Notes under the pieces: model-generated
What the model was told of the DNA's origin: nothing
The model's database searches: none
What the model saw: only the letters and a program-made list of their open reading frames with translations
Made by a program: the position numbers and the translations under genes
Shown here: positions 27,151 through 39,400 of the stretch, piece after piece
Position numbering within the stretch: the stretch's first letter is position 1
Layout of the letters: every line of letters starts with the position of its first letter
Origin: Saccostrea cucullata
Taxonomy: Eukaryota
Length of the DNA stretch: 64,000 nucleotides
Reading direction: 5' to 3'
Assembly: GCF_032062105.1 (NCBI RefSeq)
Contig: NW_026932690.1
Location: 186,001-250,000 of the forward strand

Positions 27151-27191
27151 AAATGATTCTGACATTGATTTCACTGTCACTGATTTTTTGT

Positions 27192-27700
27192 TTTATTGTC
27201 CTCCGCTTGAAAAGTGGGGGATATTAATTTGGGTTTGTCCGTCCGTCCGTCCGTCCGTCTTTCTGTCTGTCTGTAACGCTTTCGTTTGATATCTCGAGAA
27301 CCGTTTGAGCTTTTGCGATGAAATTTAGCATAGCAATTCCCTATGGACTAAAGAAGACCCCTATTGATTTTGAGATCAAAAGGTCAAAGGTCAAGGTCAT
27401 AAATAAGCAAATTCTGTCTGTTAAAACACTTTCGTTTCCACACGATATCTCTAGAACCATTTGAGCTATTGCAATGAAATTTTACATAACAACTCCCCGT
27501 GGCCTGATGAAGACCCCTATTGATTTTGAGGTCAAAAGGTCAAAGTTCAAGGTCGTAAATTTATACATTCTGTCTGTGTGTAATACTATCATTTCCGGAC
27601 GATATTTCAAGAAGATTTTGAGCTTATGCAATGTAATTTTATACCAAAACTCCCTAGGACGTCTCTCGCCCCTCTCAAAGTGCGCCACCCCGTTTGTTTT
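27192..27700 (+). mobile_element. HINE-type element (second family; truncated relative at 50940-51075)
   Basis: ttttattgtcctccgcttgaaaagtggggga, (GTCC)n, two internal units with aagacccctattgattttgag.tcaaaaggtcaaag. Confidence 0.7.
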
Positions 27701-27943
27701 ATTAGTATTTATAGTATTACATGTCGCTATTTTTAGCGCAGGGGCATGGAGGAGAGTTATTGCGTATAAAACAGGTTCTCGGCGGACTTTATGTTCTTAT
27801 TACATGTATTAGAACTGTTTAATAAAGGCTAAATAAATAAAACACCATGGATTGTGTAAAATTTTGAGAATACCGAACATGAAAATATGAATATATACAT
27901 GTATGTGACTTCTATTCTGCATATACTTTACTCCGTGTATATT

Positions 27944-28015
27944 GATTCCGTGGTCTAGTGGATATGTCACTCGCTTCAAATGTAAGAGGTCCCGAGATCG
28001 AATCTCGGCCGATCC
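27944..28015 (+). pseudogene. tRNA-like sequence (tRNA pseudogene or tRNA-derived repeat head)
   Basis: 72 nt; A box tggtctagtgg, perfect T-arm ccgag-atcgaat-ctcgg, followed by a T-run; acceptor and anticodon stems mismatched. Confidence 0.55.
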
Positions 28016-28384
28016 TTTCTTTTTTTTTTTTTAAATACTTTTCTTTTTTTTTTACTAAATGATAGTATTCAGCATGTGAAATGAAAAATTTATGAGGTTA
28101 TAAAATCATCATTACAGTGTGATAAATATTCCATATAAAAAGAATCTTCTATACACATAATAAAGAATAAGCAATCAAATTTTTATATGCATATTGACAT
28201 ACATGTATTTTATTTGCTTCAGTATACATGTATACATTTAATAATTCTACAAATTCAGTCAGGGGGATCCGATTTTTTCCCTTAGCGGGGGACACGAATT
28301 CTCTGAATTAGCTTGTTTAATTTGTATCAGTATTAAACCTTTATGTACAAGGTCAGCCTACCCAAGTTATAAAGACACCATTGT

Positions 28385-29175
28385 GTTTATTGTGGGCAGT
28401 TGGCAGGGGATGTTCACTCCTCCATGGCACCTGATCCCATCTCTGATGTTTTGGAGGTCCGTGTGTGCTCTGCTCTTATTTTGTACTGTTTAATGAATTT
28501 TTGATCTTGAATACTGTTCGTTATCTCCATTTGTTTCATTCTGAAATACATGTAGATAGAACGGTACTCAAGCCTCAAAAGTCCATTAAAAATACACAAT
28601 TGGAACAGAGCAAACACAGACCTTCAAAACTTCAGAGGTGGGACCAGGTGCCATGGAGCAGTGAGCATCCCCTGCCGATCGGGCACACCCGCATGATCGG
28701 GAAATGAAGGGAAAATTCGTAAGATTGCTAATAAAAACCTAACAATAAGTATAAAAAGTCTGTCAATGTTTGACTGAATGATAGATTGCATTTGCTGACA
28801 GGGTCATTTTCGACCATAGAACTTACGAAGTGATGACTAAAAACGAGACTCCTGATATTCTTGTCTCCTCAACATGTTTGTCATTAATTTATCGCATTTT
28901 AAAAATTGTTCATATGTAGAGCATGCTCTAATGACTTGCTTATCAAAACAACTGGGAGTTATAAGCCCCGTATGCAGGCGATGAAGGTATATTGCTGCAT
29001 AAGTAAGGGAAAATGACGATTAAAAAGTTAAAGTTGATTGTTAGATTACCATTAACATCTTTCTCAAGTAGAATATCTATATATGAAACAGATGTGTCAG
29101 ACTATGATATCTTTTGTTTCAAGCTCACTTGGATATATCGTATCGTCGTACAATGGAAATAACCATTATTAATAG
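28385..29175. mobile_element. Two Penelope-like 3'-end fragments in tail-to-tail inverted orientation
   Basis: ctcctccatggcacctgatccc.tctctgatg (+, ~28420) and its reverse complement ggtgggaccaggtgccatggag (~28640), continuing into degenerate RT C-terminal coding sequence. Confidence 0.75.
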
Positions 29176-29869
29176 AGTTAAAACATACAGGAATGTAAAT
29201 AATACACATTTAAAAACTGAAATACAAGTGTATATGTTTTTTTAATGTGCCTTTAGGAATGATGAAAACCTACTGACTACAAAGTGTTAAACGGTTTATT
29301 TCTGTTATATTTGATGTATTGCCAGTTTGTTTATGTTGTCTTCTTGCGTGTTTGGAAACCAAACTATTATTCAATAACTACTTGCCAAATACCATTAAAC
29401 TGAGTAAATATTGAGGATCTTTTTGCATTTTCCTTCACAAGAGATGTACATGTATCGGGACTACAAATTATGTAAATCTGTTTATGCCAAGAGGAGGTGT
29501 CTCGCAAAAATTCCGCACTGACTCTAATTATGCCATTTAGTAAATATATTATTTACAAATAATAGGTTTTATTTTCATATAAATAATTTTTATAGTTACA
29601 AATATAACGACCATCCAGTCTTTCTTGACAAATTTAATTAGACATTCATATTATGAATTTATTTTATAGCAAATCTTTAAACCCATTAAGCATCTTATTT
29701 GCATTTTTTTGAAATTCATTTTTCTGAAAAAATGCAGAAAAAAATCTTATAAGAATTAAAAGCTAATATTGGTCTTTCAATGCTGAAAGCATTAAAAGGG
29801 ATGTCTGAAACCATTATGATAGTTTAAAAGGGATGCCTGATATTTCTGGTACGGCAGTCCTCCTAAAGT

Positions 29870-30135
29870 TTTGAAGAATAAGAATATCCATATACTAGTA
29901 TCTCTTTCTATGATCGTAACAAATTAAACTAGAAGTTTTGAAGAATACGATATATCCATATACTAGTGAAATCTCTTTCTATGATCGTAACAAATTAAAC
30001 AAATTAGGATAATATAAGTTGTGAACGCGACTATTCCTCCAGTTAACGCTAAATAGCGAACTGCTTTCCTTCTTCATCAAGAAAGGCTATTCCGATAAAT
30101 GCAACACTGAGATGGTCAGTTCTGTCGAGATTTCA
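29870..30135 (-). pseudogene. Decayed duplicate of the adaptor TM exon
   Basis: Homologous to 11240-11400; ATG changed to ATA (30090-30088), indels, donor lost, local ~65-bp tandem duplication; no tail exon found downstream. Confidence 0.75.
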
Positions 30136-30261
30136 GTTAAATATAGAAATTTTCTTGCAGAAAAGAATGAATAACTTTGTGAGGATTTGGGTCAGATCAC
30201 TTAATGAGACACATACTCAGTTATTTAGCGGCTGTTTCAGAAAAATTTCAAGCATTTTTCT

Positions 30262-30765
30262 ATTTTATACCCCCCCTCCCTCGTTGTGAATTAGGATGGT
30301 ATACTAGCGAGTATAGTGATCAGGATGTCCGTCCGTCTATCTGTGACGCTTTGGGACATCCATCTCTTATCCGCAGCTCATCTGTTACCACTGAATAAAA
30401 TTTAATGAGACTTTCACAGAATCTTTGCTACATAGTGCCATTGTGCATCTCCTGTTTTCCTTTTTGATCCGACATATATTTCAGATTTTCCATAACAAAA
30501 CATGGACATTGCCATTTTTTTCTACAATATTGAAAAGTACCCAACTCTTAACTGCAATTCCCCCTATACCACAGAATAAAATTTAATGATGCTTTCAAAG
30601 ATTCCTTATAACAAAATACCGTTAAATAACTCCTGTTTTACTTTTTGATCGACGGACACTTCTTTTGGGTCTCCCAGAAAAAAAAACATGACCTTTGCCA
30701 TTATAATCATAAGGGAGGCGGTGTATCATTTAATGAGCTCAGTGTTCATAGTACCTCTAGTTTTA
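30262..30765 (+). mobile_element. HINE-type element (third family)
   Basis: ttttatacccccc 5' end, gtccgtccgtc microsatellite, two degenerate internal units; absent from unit 1, where it would interrupt caagcattt.ctattt. Confidence 0.55.
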
Positions 30766-30894
30766 ATTCAGTATTTAATTAGATAGAATCAATTTACATA
30801 ATTAGATTGAATATCAGGCATCAGCCTACATGTATAAAGGTCCTCTCCAAGCATTTTCTATTTATGAAACATATTGAGTTAATGATCAGTATTC

Positions 30895-31400
30895 AAGATT
30901 AAAAGTCCATTTAAATGATACAAAATAGGAGCAGAGCAAACATGGATCTCCAAAATATCGCAATTGGGATCAGGTGCCATGGATAAGTAAACATCCCCTT
31001 CCGATCGGTAACACCTGCCGTGTACTCTTTGTCATGATCGGGAAATAATAGAAAAAATCCGTCGTCAATTCAGTGTTAAATAATACTAGTAGTCTAACAA
31101 TTAGTGTGAAAAACGTCAGTCAGCATTTGACTCAAGGATAAATTGTATTTGCTGACAAGGTCATTGTATCGACCATAGAACTTACGAAATGATGACTTAA
31201 ACGAAACAGCTTATATTCTTGTTTCATTAACTTGTTTGTCAATAATTTACATCGTTTTAAAAATTGTTCATATGTAGAGCATGCCCTTGCGTATCGAATC
31301 AACTAAGATGTATACACTCCGTGTGCAGGTGATGAAGGTATATTGCTGCATAAGTAAGGGAAGTTGACGATAGAAAAGTTAAAGTCATCACGTTTATCTA
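30895..31400 (-). mobile_element. Penelope-like retroelement 3' fragment
   Basis: gggatcaggtgccatgga terminus plus reverse-strand PAHGVY..LIRYARACS..KFYGRYNDLVSKY-like remnant. Confidence 0.75.
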
Positions 31401-32659
31401 GAGCTTGTTTAGAAATGACTATACATGTATATGATGATGCACATTTCAGACGCTGTCAATCTAAATATATTATGCACAATGGTAAATATTAAATGACTTT
31501 AAGTCGACGTTTTTACTGGTAAGATGCTTTCTAACCACATTAATTCAAACTCGAAATTTACCGTTAATTGTTTACAGAAGTCTGGGAGCGCAGTGTTTAA
31601 AATAAACTAAAATTAATTCAAGACATATTCAGCTCAATAATTATATAGATTATGTTTTGCATACAAGTTAAAGATACTTATAAACCTAGGACTTGTCTAT
31701 GATCCTTGTACAGGGCACCAAATACACTATCATCTTGTGTAATAAAAAAAAATAGATGTTGATTTTCTTAACCAATAGAGTTCACCTAGGAAAAAAGAAC
31801 GAAGATTAAATTCATGCAATATTTTAATCATCAACTCACTCCGAATCATTGCATAGTGATCAAAATATTGAATTAAAAATGCAGTGCAAAAATGGGTCCA
31901 TTCACATTGCTCAACTAAACCGTCAAATTACTTTCAAGGGCCTAACATTGAGTTTATTGCAGACATATAGTTGATAAAAAAAAGTATACTGGAATTGAAC
32001 AGGCATGTTTGGATGCGACAGATATAGACTATACTGTTTATGTCTATATTGGTTTCCTAGTAGGAGCACGTTCGCTTCCTAACAGGAAGACCGCCTACGA
32101 TTCTTGTTCATCGTGCTGCTTTGAAAGCTAAAACGTAAGTATAGATAGTGGCCTGTCCTTAATGAAGTGCCCGACACTGAAAGTGATAGTCAATGGTCTT
32201 TCGGATGCGATTTCAAAACTAAGGTACTTTGTTAGGCATGCGTTGACACGATACTAGAGTAAGTAACAGTTGCTAAATGGCCCTGAGTATCGAGTAAAGG
32301 TACATGACTAAATTTGAAGCCCTTTGAGCACCCGCCGTATACGCATCTTTAGGAGTGAAATATTCTTGAATGGGACGTAAAAGCAATAAATGTAGAATAA
32401 TTGGAAAACACAGTTTTAAAGAAATAAGTCCCCTTTCGCAAGAAAATTTCGAAAAAAGCATTAGAAAATGAAATAGAAAGTTGGAAAATTGTTTTGCCAA
32501 TTTAGCCGCTAATTCATCTACGTAGCATATCTAAAATTCTTAAAATTAGACAACCTCCTTTCCTTTCCTTTCCTTTTTTTATTTTAAAAAAACCAACAGT
32601 TTATTTTCTTCCGGGACTTTCTTCGCCTCTGATGTTGAAGACCTTCATTATCAAATGAT

Positions 32660-33459
32660 AAGATTGATTAGATTATTTGATTTCCTTTCCAATAACTGTT
32701 TAACTGAGATTCTTTCTTGAAAAAAAAAAAACGAGTTTTTATTTTCTTCCGGGACTTATATTAAAGACTGTCGTTATCAAATGGTCCCTATTTCTTGGAC
32801 GCGTTTGCAAATTTTAACCTTGAAACATTTACAGAAATCTGACCCATATCTGTCCCTCCTCAACCACAGTTCTGAACTTCGACCCAGCATCGCAGGAAGT
32901 GGTTTGACAATTTTTTTTCACGTTATTCTGCCACTTTAAGGGGCCCTTGGAGAGGGCAGTCTCGAGTCTCGGTATATTCATACCTCACAACAACTCACTG
33001 CTGCTGAGCCCTTCCCTTGTTCGGCGATGCTGTCATGCTGATTGACTAATACATACAAATATAAACTGCCTTTGTTTACAGTGACTTGTACTTCTGTTTT
33101 AGTAGGTGTTATTTCACTCAGAGCTGCACGCATTATATAAGTATTCTTTCCATAGTAGATCTGACGGAAGAGGCTCCCCAAGGGTGATTCAACTAGGAAG
33201 GAAGGTTTAGAAACTCTTGTACGGTGACATTTTATCATGTTCTAGAATTTCAGAACCCAGGATTTAATGTTTGTTCGTCTGTACCGGTCACATTTCACGT
33301 GTTCGTAACAATCCTCGGATATTTTGCGATTGCCCTCAGATTGGCCCCTTGAGAAAGCCTTTCTGTGTTCATGTAAGAAGATGCGCCTAAAACAGACTTA
33401 TCCTTGTGTCTTGTTAGTGAATCTGCACTCCTTAAAGTTACATCTTACACAGTTTCATA
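32660..33459. promoter_or_regulatory. Paralogous conserved upstream block of receptor copy B (GCAGGAAGTGGTTT at 32892-32905, AACCACA at ~32862)
   Basis: High identity to 15560-16194; contains an extra ~165 bp (32975-33135) missing in unit 1. Confidence 0.5.
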
Positions 33460-36400
33460 ATGAAGAGGACTTACATATTTACTTTTGTGCTGTTTATTGA
33501 GGAGATTCTATTTGTGTTTTTATATTTTCTGCGTTTCAATGGGCCGTACAGGAGTCTCCTGATAGGTAAGACTTTACTGTGCTCATTGTAATTGTACACA
33601 GAAACATATCAAACAGAAAACTAGCCTTCATCATACGTAGACATTTTCTGTCATTCTATTTCATCAAACAGTCAAATTGTTCAATCCCTGTACATGTGCA
33701 GATAAATGAGTCAGAGAGAATTGTCGATACGAGGAAAATACGGTAAAGGCCAAAAAAAGGAACCACCCATGTAAATGGCACCTTGTTTATATGTGTAGCT
33801 CTTTATAATGGTGTTGACAAAGGGTTGTAGTGAGAAATGAATACAGATAAATACAGGCATAATAGTTATGTACTTGTATAGTCTAGTATAATTACTAGTA
33901 ATTGTTTACGGTGACACATATTTCAGCTGCCGCTCCAACACAAAGACCCACTCAATTATTTTTGTTAAATGGTTCAGTCGAGGTGGAAATTCAGACTCCT
34001 TGGGATGAAAGACATGGGGAGTCAGAAGCCCCAGAGGTCACATTGGGGAGGAACCTGTTCCAGTCAAAGAAAATGTGAGAATTCTAAGTTCATTAGCAAA
34101 CATAAATATACTGAGCATAGCCAAGAAATACTAGTATGTGTATGTTCTTAACACTATGTTTTAATTCGTATACATTTTAATTCAGTCATGGATATTCTAC
34201 CAAACTAGAAAGCTTTAAAACTTAAAAAGATAAAGACAAAAACACTTGGACAAATATAAAAATTAAACTTGGCTTTGAGGGATTTTTAACACAAAGACTT
34301 TTGTATTGTGGTATCAATATCTTCTTATAACACAGTTTTACCCTCTGTGCATCACCATCATGGTAAAAACCATCCACCATTTTTTCCACGTTTAAAAAAG
34401 ATATATTTGAAATTAAAAACTGAAACATTGTGCAACTTTTGTTTATTAAACAACATGTAATTGTATACTGTTGTATTGTATTGAAAATTTCCTTTTCACT
34501 TAAGGAATTAATCATTTTCTAAAAAGGAAAAGGTAAAATTGTGATAGAATACTGATAGCCTCACTAAAGCGTCTTTCTTCTTCTTAGAAAATAAAGTACA
34601 TTATATCTTATCCGCGAAAATAGTCTTCCTTCCACTAGCTGTTCAGTAAGTTGTTTGCATTTTCACTCCGGAAATTAACAGTCAGCACTACACTCCTTGC
34701 TCTGTCGTACTGTATCAGTTTGTTTTATTCATAAAACAAGATCATATACTCACACAGGGAACATGTTTTGTAAATTACTCATTGACTTTTTTCATGTTTC
34801 AAAGAATGATATTTTTATTTGTTTCAAGTGAACTTCCGGTAACGTCAAAAAAGGTCAAAGAAGGTCATCCCAACGCCATTCAGGAGAGGTCAGCTGAAGG
34901 TATCAATGTGACGTCAATTACCGTGAATGACCCTTTAAATTGACTAAATATGTCACTGTAACTTTGATGCAACCATAAAGGTGCAAAAAGTAGAAGCAAT
35001 TCAATGACTTCTGTATTCGTTGGGGGTTTAATAATTGTCTGTTTCTGTTTTGTAGATGAGTGTAAGTTTTTGAAGGAGATAGGAGATATGTCTATCAAAG
35101 GAGCACCAACATTTAGTCTGGCCATTTTGCCAGAAAACGGTGAGGATTTTTATTAATTCATTTATTTATTTTTACTTTATTGGATTATATAATATAAGTA
35201 AAGCTCACAAAAAATTAAATAGCTATTGAACAAGCATACAGACAGCGACTTAAATTTTATATTGGCTTCAAATTTTCTTTCGTGAACCTTCCCTTATTTA
35301 AATAACAAATAACAATATACCACTATCATCAGCATATGTATGGAGTTTGTGTCAGAATTTCCCAGTTGATACGCAAGAGTATGCTCTACGTACGAACAAT
35401 TTTTGAATCAAGGAAAGCTATGGAGGAAAAAGTTGATGACACAAGGATATCAACAATCTCAGTTAAAGTCAATTACTTTCTTGATAATTCTATGGTCGAT
35501 ACAATGACCTTGTCAGCAAATTTAATCTATCAATATTAAATCGAATGACGACTGACCTTTCGACCATATTGTTAGGCCATTATTTACTAACCAAATCGTT
35601 GACGGATTTATCCCCATTTACCGAACATAACAAGGAAAACATGACAGGTGTTATCTATAGCTGGGGGATATATACTCCTTCATGGCAACTGATCCTGTCT
35701 TTGATGCTTTTGGAGACCATGTTTGCTCTGACCTACTTTGTATAGTTACAATTAACATTGGAGTTTGATTATACTGTTTTTATCTTCATATTTCAACTCA
35801 AACGTATTTTAATTCGTTAAAACTCGTATCAGTCGTTTTCGGATTAACGACATATTGACAGCCGTCTTTGTTGCTTTATTTCACAGTGATCATCATTATA
35901 CAGAGTTATCCTATCAACGAATCCTTGCGGTATCTGTGTGGTATGTGTCTACTGTCATTCTTACTATATTGAATACATATAGTTATAATTCTTGGATAAA
36001 ACGGTAGAATCTTTAGTAAATTCAGAAATTTTTTAGTCACTTTGTGTCTTTATCTATGAAATCTTGCAACTTTTTCTTAGAACAAAAGTTTTTGTATTAA
36101 ATGGTCAGCTTGATCTTCTGTCATTTGCATTAATTCACAAGCGTTGGAATTCTCAAACTGATATGTTCATAACTATGATAAATACATTTAGATAAGGTGA
36201 ATTATTGTGCAAAGACGTTTTAATGGTCAGAAAATTACTACCAAGGCTATCAACACTTACATTTGTTTCTATATATATTTCATCTGAATCTTTCGATTTT
36301 ATATCATGTTATTCCATATCTTTTGTTCTGTTATTGCTGTGTTTATGTCATAGAAAGATGTGTATATACTTCGAATTATATACATGTACAGTCATGGGAC

Positions 36401-39400
36401 ATAATTATTCGCCACCTTGTATGCAAATGGCGCCGTGTTTTCGCTTACAAAACGAAAGTGGGGGTTCCGCGCTATAAATAGAAAAAAAGATTTTCCCTTC
36501 TTATAAAAGTTACCGTGTCAAACAACTAAAATAATGACGTACGTATACACATTTTTTTTTCGTCTGCTGTCAGAATAGTTAATGTAAACACCGGTGTTTA
36601 AAAATGGGTCGTTAGGGAAAAGAATTCGGTACTGAAGTAAGGGAACTGATCATAAACTCGTACAAAGTTAACAGAAATGTGTCAAATTTATCAAGTACTG
36701 TACTTTAGGAATACCCAGATCTACTGCGAGAAGTGTTATTAAGAAATTTAATAATTATCTTGATGTAAAAAATCGTCCTGGAAGACGAAGTCTTTATTCA
36801 CGGATAGAGACACTAACAAGCTTTCTCGGGTTATAAAGGACTTACAAAGATATTACAGGCATAGTTAATGAAAACAGGGATCGTAAATTCTGTACAAAGA
36901 CTGTGGAGAGAAACATCAGACAGTTGGGATATGTACGGAGTTTCAAAGAAGAAGGTAGAAGTTCGTGAAGTAAACAAGAAAGAACGTGTTAAATAGTTTA
37001 AGGATAGAAAAAAATTGGACAGTTCAGCAAAAATAGTGTAAATGGATATTTAGCGATTTATCAAATCGTTGTTGGGAACAACAAGAATGTTTACAGTGTA
37101 TGTGTGGAGAAAAGCGGACGGGAAGGATAACCCACAGCTCGTGTGCCCTGCCCCGCGGTGCAGGCTTAGTATCATGATCTGGGGATGTGTATGTTATTAA
37201 GGTGTGGGCACATTAACTGATGTATATACTTGATGAAGTGATCAATCGATTGGCTTGCGTGATGATTTGCATAAACGCCGAAGGCGTTTATGCATAAAAT
37301 TATCATGCAAGCCAATCGATTGATCATCTTCATGAAATTGAAAAATCTGACAGTTATTCCTTATATTTACATGCTTTGATTCCGCCAATCCACGTGCTCC
37401 AAGGCCTGCTTATATGTCTAGCTATTTGTTCCGCCGTGCACGTGTTTTTTTTTTGGAACCGCACCAATACATTGATGAAGAAATAAAGTACATTTACATT
37501 TGGTAATTTTATCTCGGACAAAGACATTGGAAATGTAAATATAAGGTAATATTAATGCTCAAAAATACTTACATATTATTGAAAACAATATTTTGCCAGT
37601 TATTGCGAGGCATTTCCCAAACAACGATTACGTTTTCATGGACGACAATCGGGCAAAAAGTGTTAAAGATTACGTGGTAAATAACAATGTTAATACATCA
37701 AAATGGCCAGCACAATCACCAGATTTGAACATTATAGAGAATATTTGGTTACGTGTGAAAAGAGCATTATTCATGTCGTACACTCGCAATAAGATCTGAT
37801 GGCTGAAATTCAGACCGTGTGAGAAAACATTCCGATAAACTACATTAAAGACCCTTACAACTCCATTCCAGGACGAGTAAGGGAAGTTATCAAAATAAAT
37901 TTGACTAAATACTGATATACTGAGGTAAGATCTTGATTTTATTGATTACAAACAGTGAAGAAACTTCATAAAGCGGACGTGCGTTTTTGTTGGCCATTTT
38001 GAAAGTGGCGAATATTTATGTTCCATGACTGTATGTACACTTGGTATAATATGTATATTTGTAAACAAATACTAGTAAAGGATCTAAACATTTAAGAAAA
38101 GTTAAGATCAAAACAAACTGGAATAGTTGTTGAAAAATTTAGTAAAATGATTTTGTTTTTTTTCTTCATTTTAGCAAATGGAACACTTTCTGCTGATCCT
38201 GCTAACTTCTCGTCCGCTGCGAAATCGTGTTCCCTTCGAAACATTACAACAGTGAATAGTGGTTACTTAAGCAATATCAGCATAGGAGAGCCTTGCTGGA
38301 TACAGAACGAGACCATAGATAGAGAAGGTCTGAAACTTTCTTATTCTGGACGAACAATCTATTTCATCAATAAATCTATACGCTGGTTCACGTACTTGTT
38401 AGGGCTTAAGGTTTTAATATGTTTGAGAGGTGTCAGTTTATTGTATATGATACACGTATGAATGGATATAGAGATAACGAAGAGTATTCTACATCAAAGT
38501 CCATAAAACAATACAAAATAGGAGCAGAGCAAGCACGGATCTCCGAAACATCAGAGGTGGGATCAGGTGCCATGGAGGAGTGAGCATCCCCTGCTGACTG
38601 GTCACACCCGCCGTGTTCTCCTTGTCATGGTCGGGATATAACGGGAAAATCCGACGTCAATTCAATGTGCAAATAATGGACTAACAATTAGAATGAAAAA
38701 CGGCAGTCAGCTTTTGATTTAATGCTAAATTATATTTGCTGACAAGGTCATTGTATCGACCATAGAACTTACGAAATGATTTTAAACGACACTGTTGATA
38801 TTCTTGTTTCATCAACTTGCTTGTAAATAATTTACCTCTTTTTAGGACTCTATGGTATTTTTTATCTCAAGCTCACCAGAATATATCGTATCGACGTAGG
38901 GATGGAAATTAAAATTGTTAATTGATAATACGTCGCCGATATATCTAAATGTCGAGTTGAAGGCCACAGCAAGTGCTTTCTTCTTTTCACGCATAAGATT
39001 TTGCTCAAAGTCTGCTTCATATGAATACAAAAATAGGTCTGCTAATAACCGAGCGCAATTGGTACCCATGGGAATTCTAATAGATTATTAGTATTGGAAG
39101 ATCTTGTCTCCAAAAACCACATTGATATTTTCAATCAGAAACTCAAGCATCTTTTTGATGTCAAATTCAGAGTATATGTACTTGTGTGTGCAATCAGAAT
39201 GTGTTTAAACAAAATTATTTTGCAAATGACCAGTGGCCAGTTTACAAGTTCCATTTTTATTGAAAAAGCAGCTGTCAATGATATAAAAAAAAGCCTGGAC
39301 TTTACTTAATCGTGGGGAATGGTTGTGTATAAAGTTGAAAAGTTTTTAAGCTGTTGATTTCGTTAAAATCTTGTGGTTTCAAATTGGCCAAAAGTTCTTT

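Noticed and set aside
27944-28015. Functional tRNA gene (possible CAA or TCA anticodon)
   Set aside because: Acceptor and anticodon stems do not pair and the T-loop lacks TTC; treated as pseudogene/repeat
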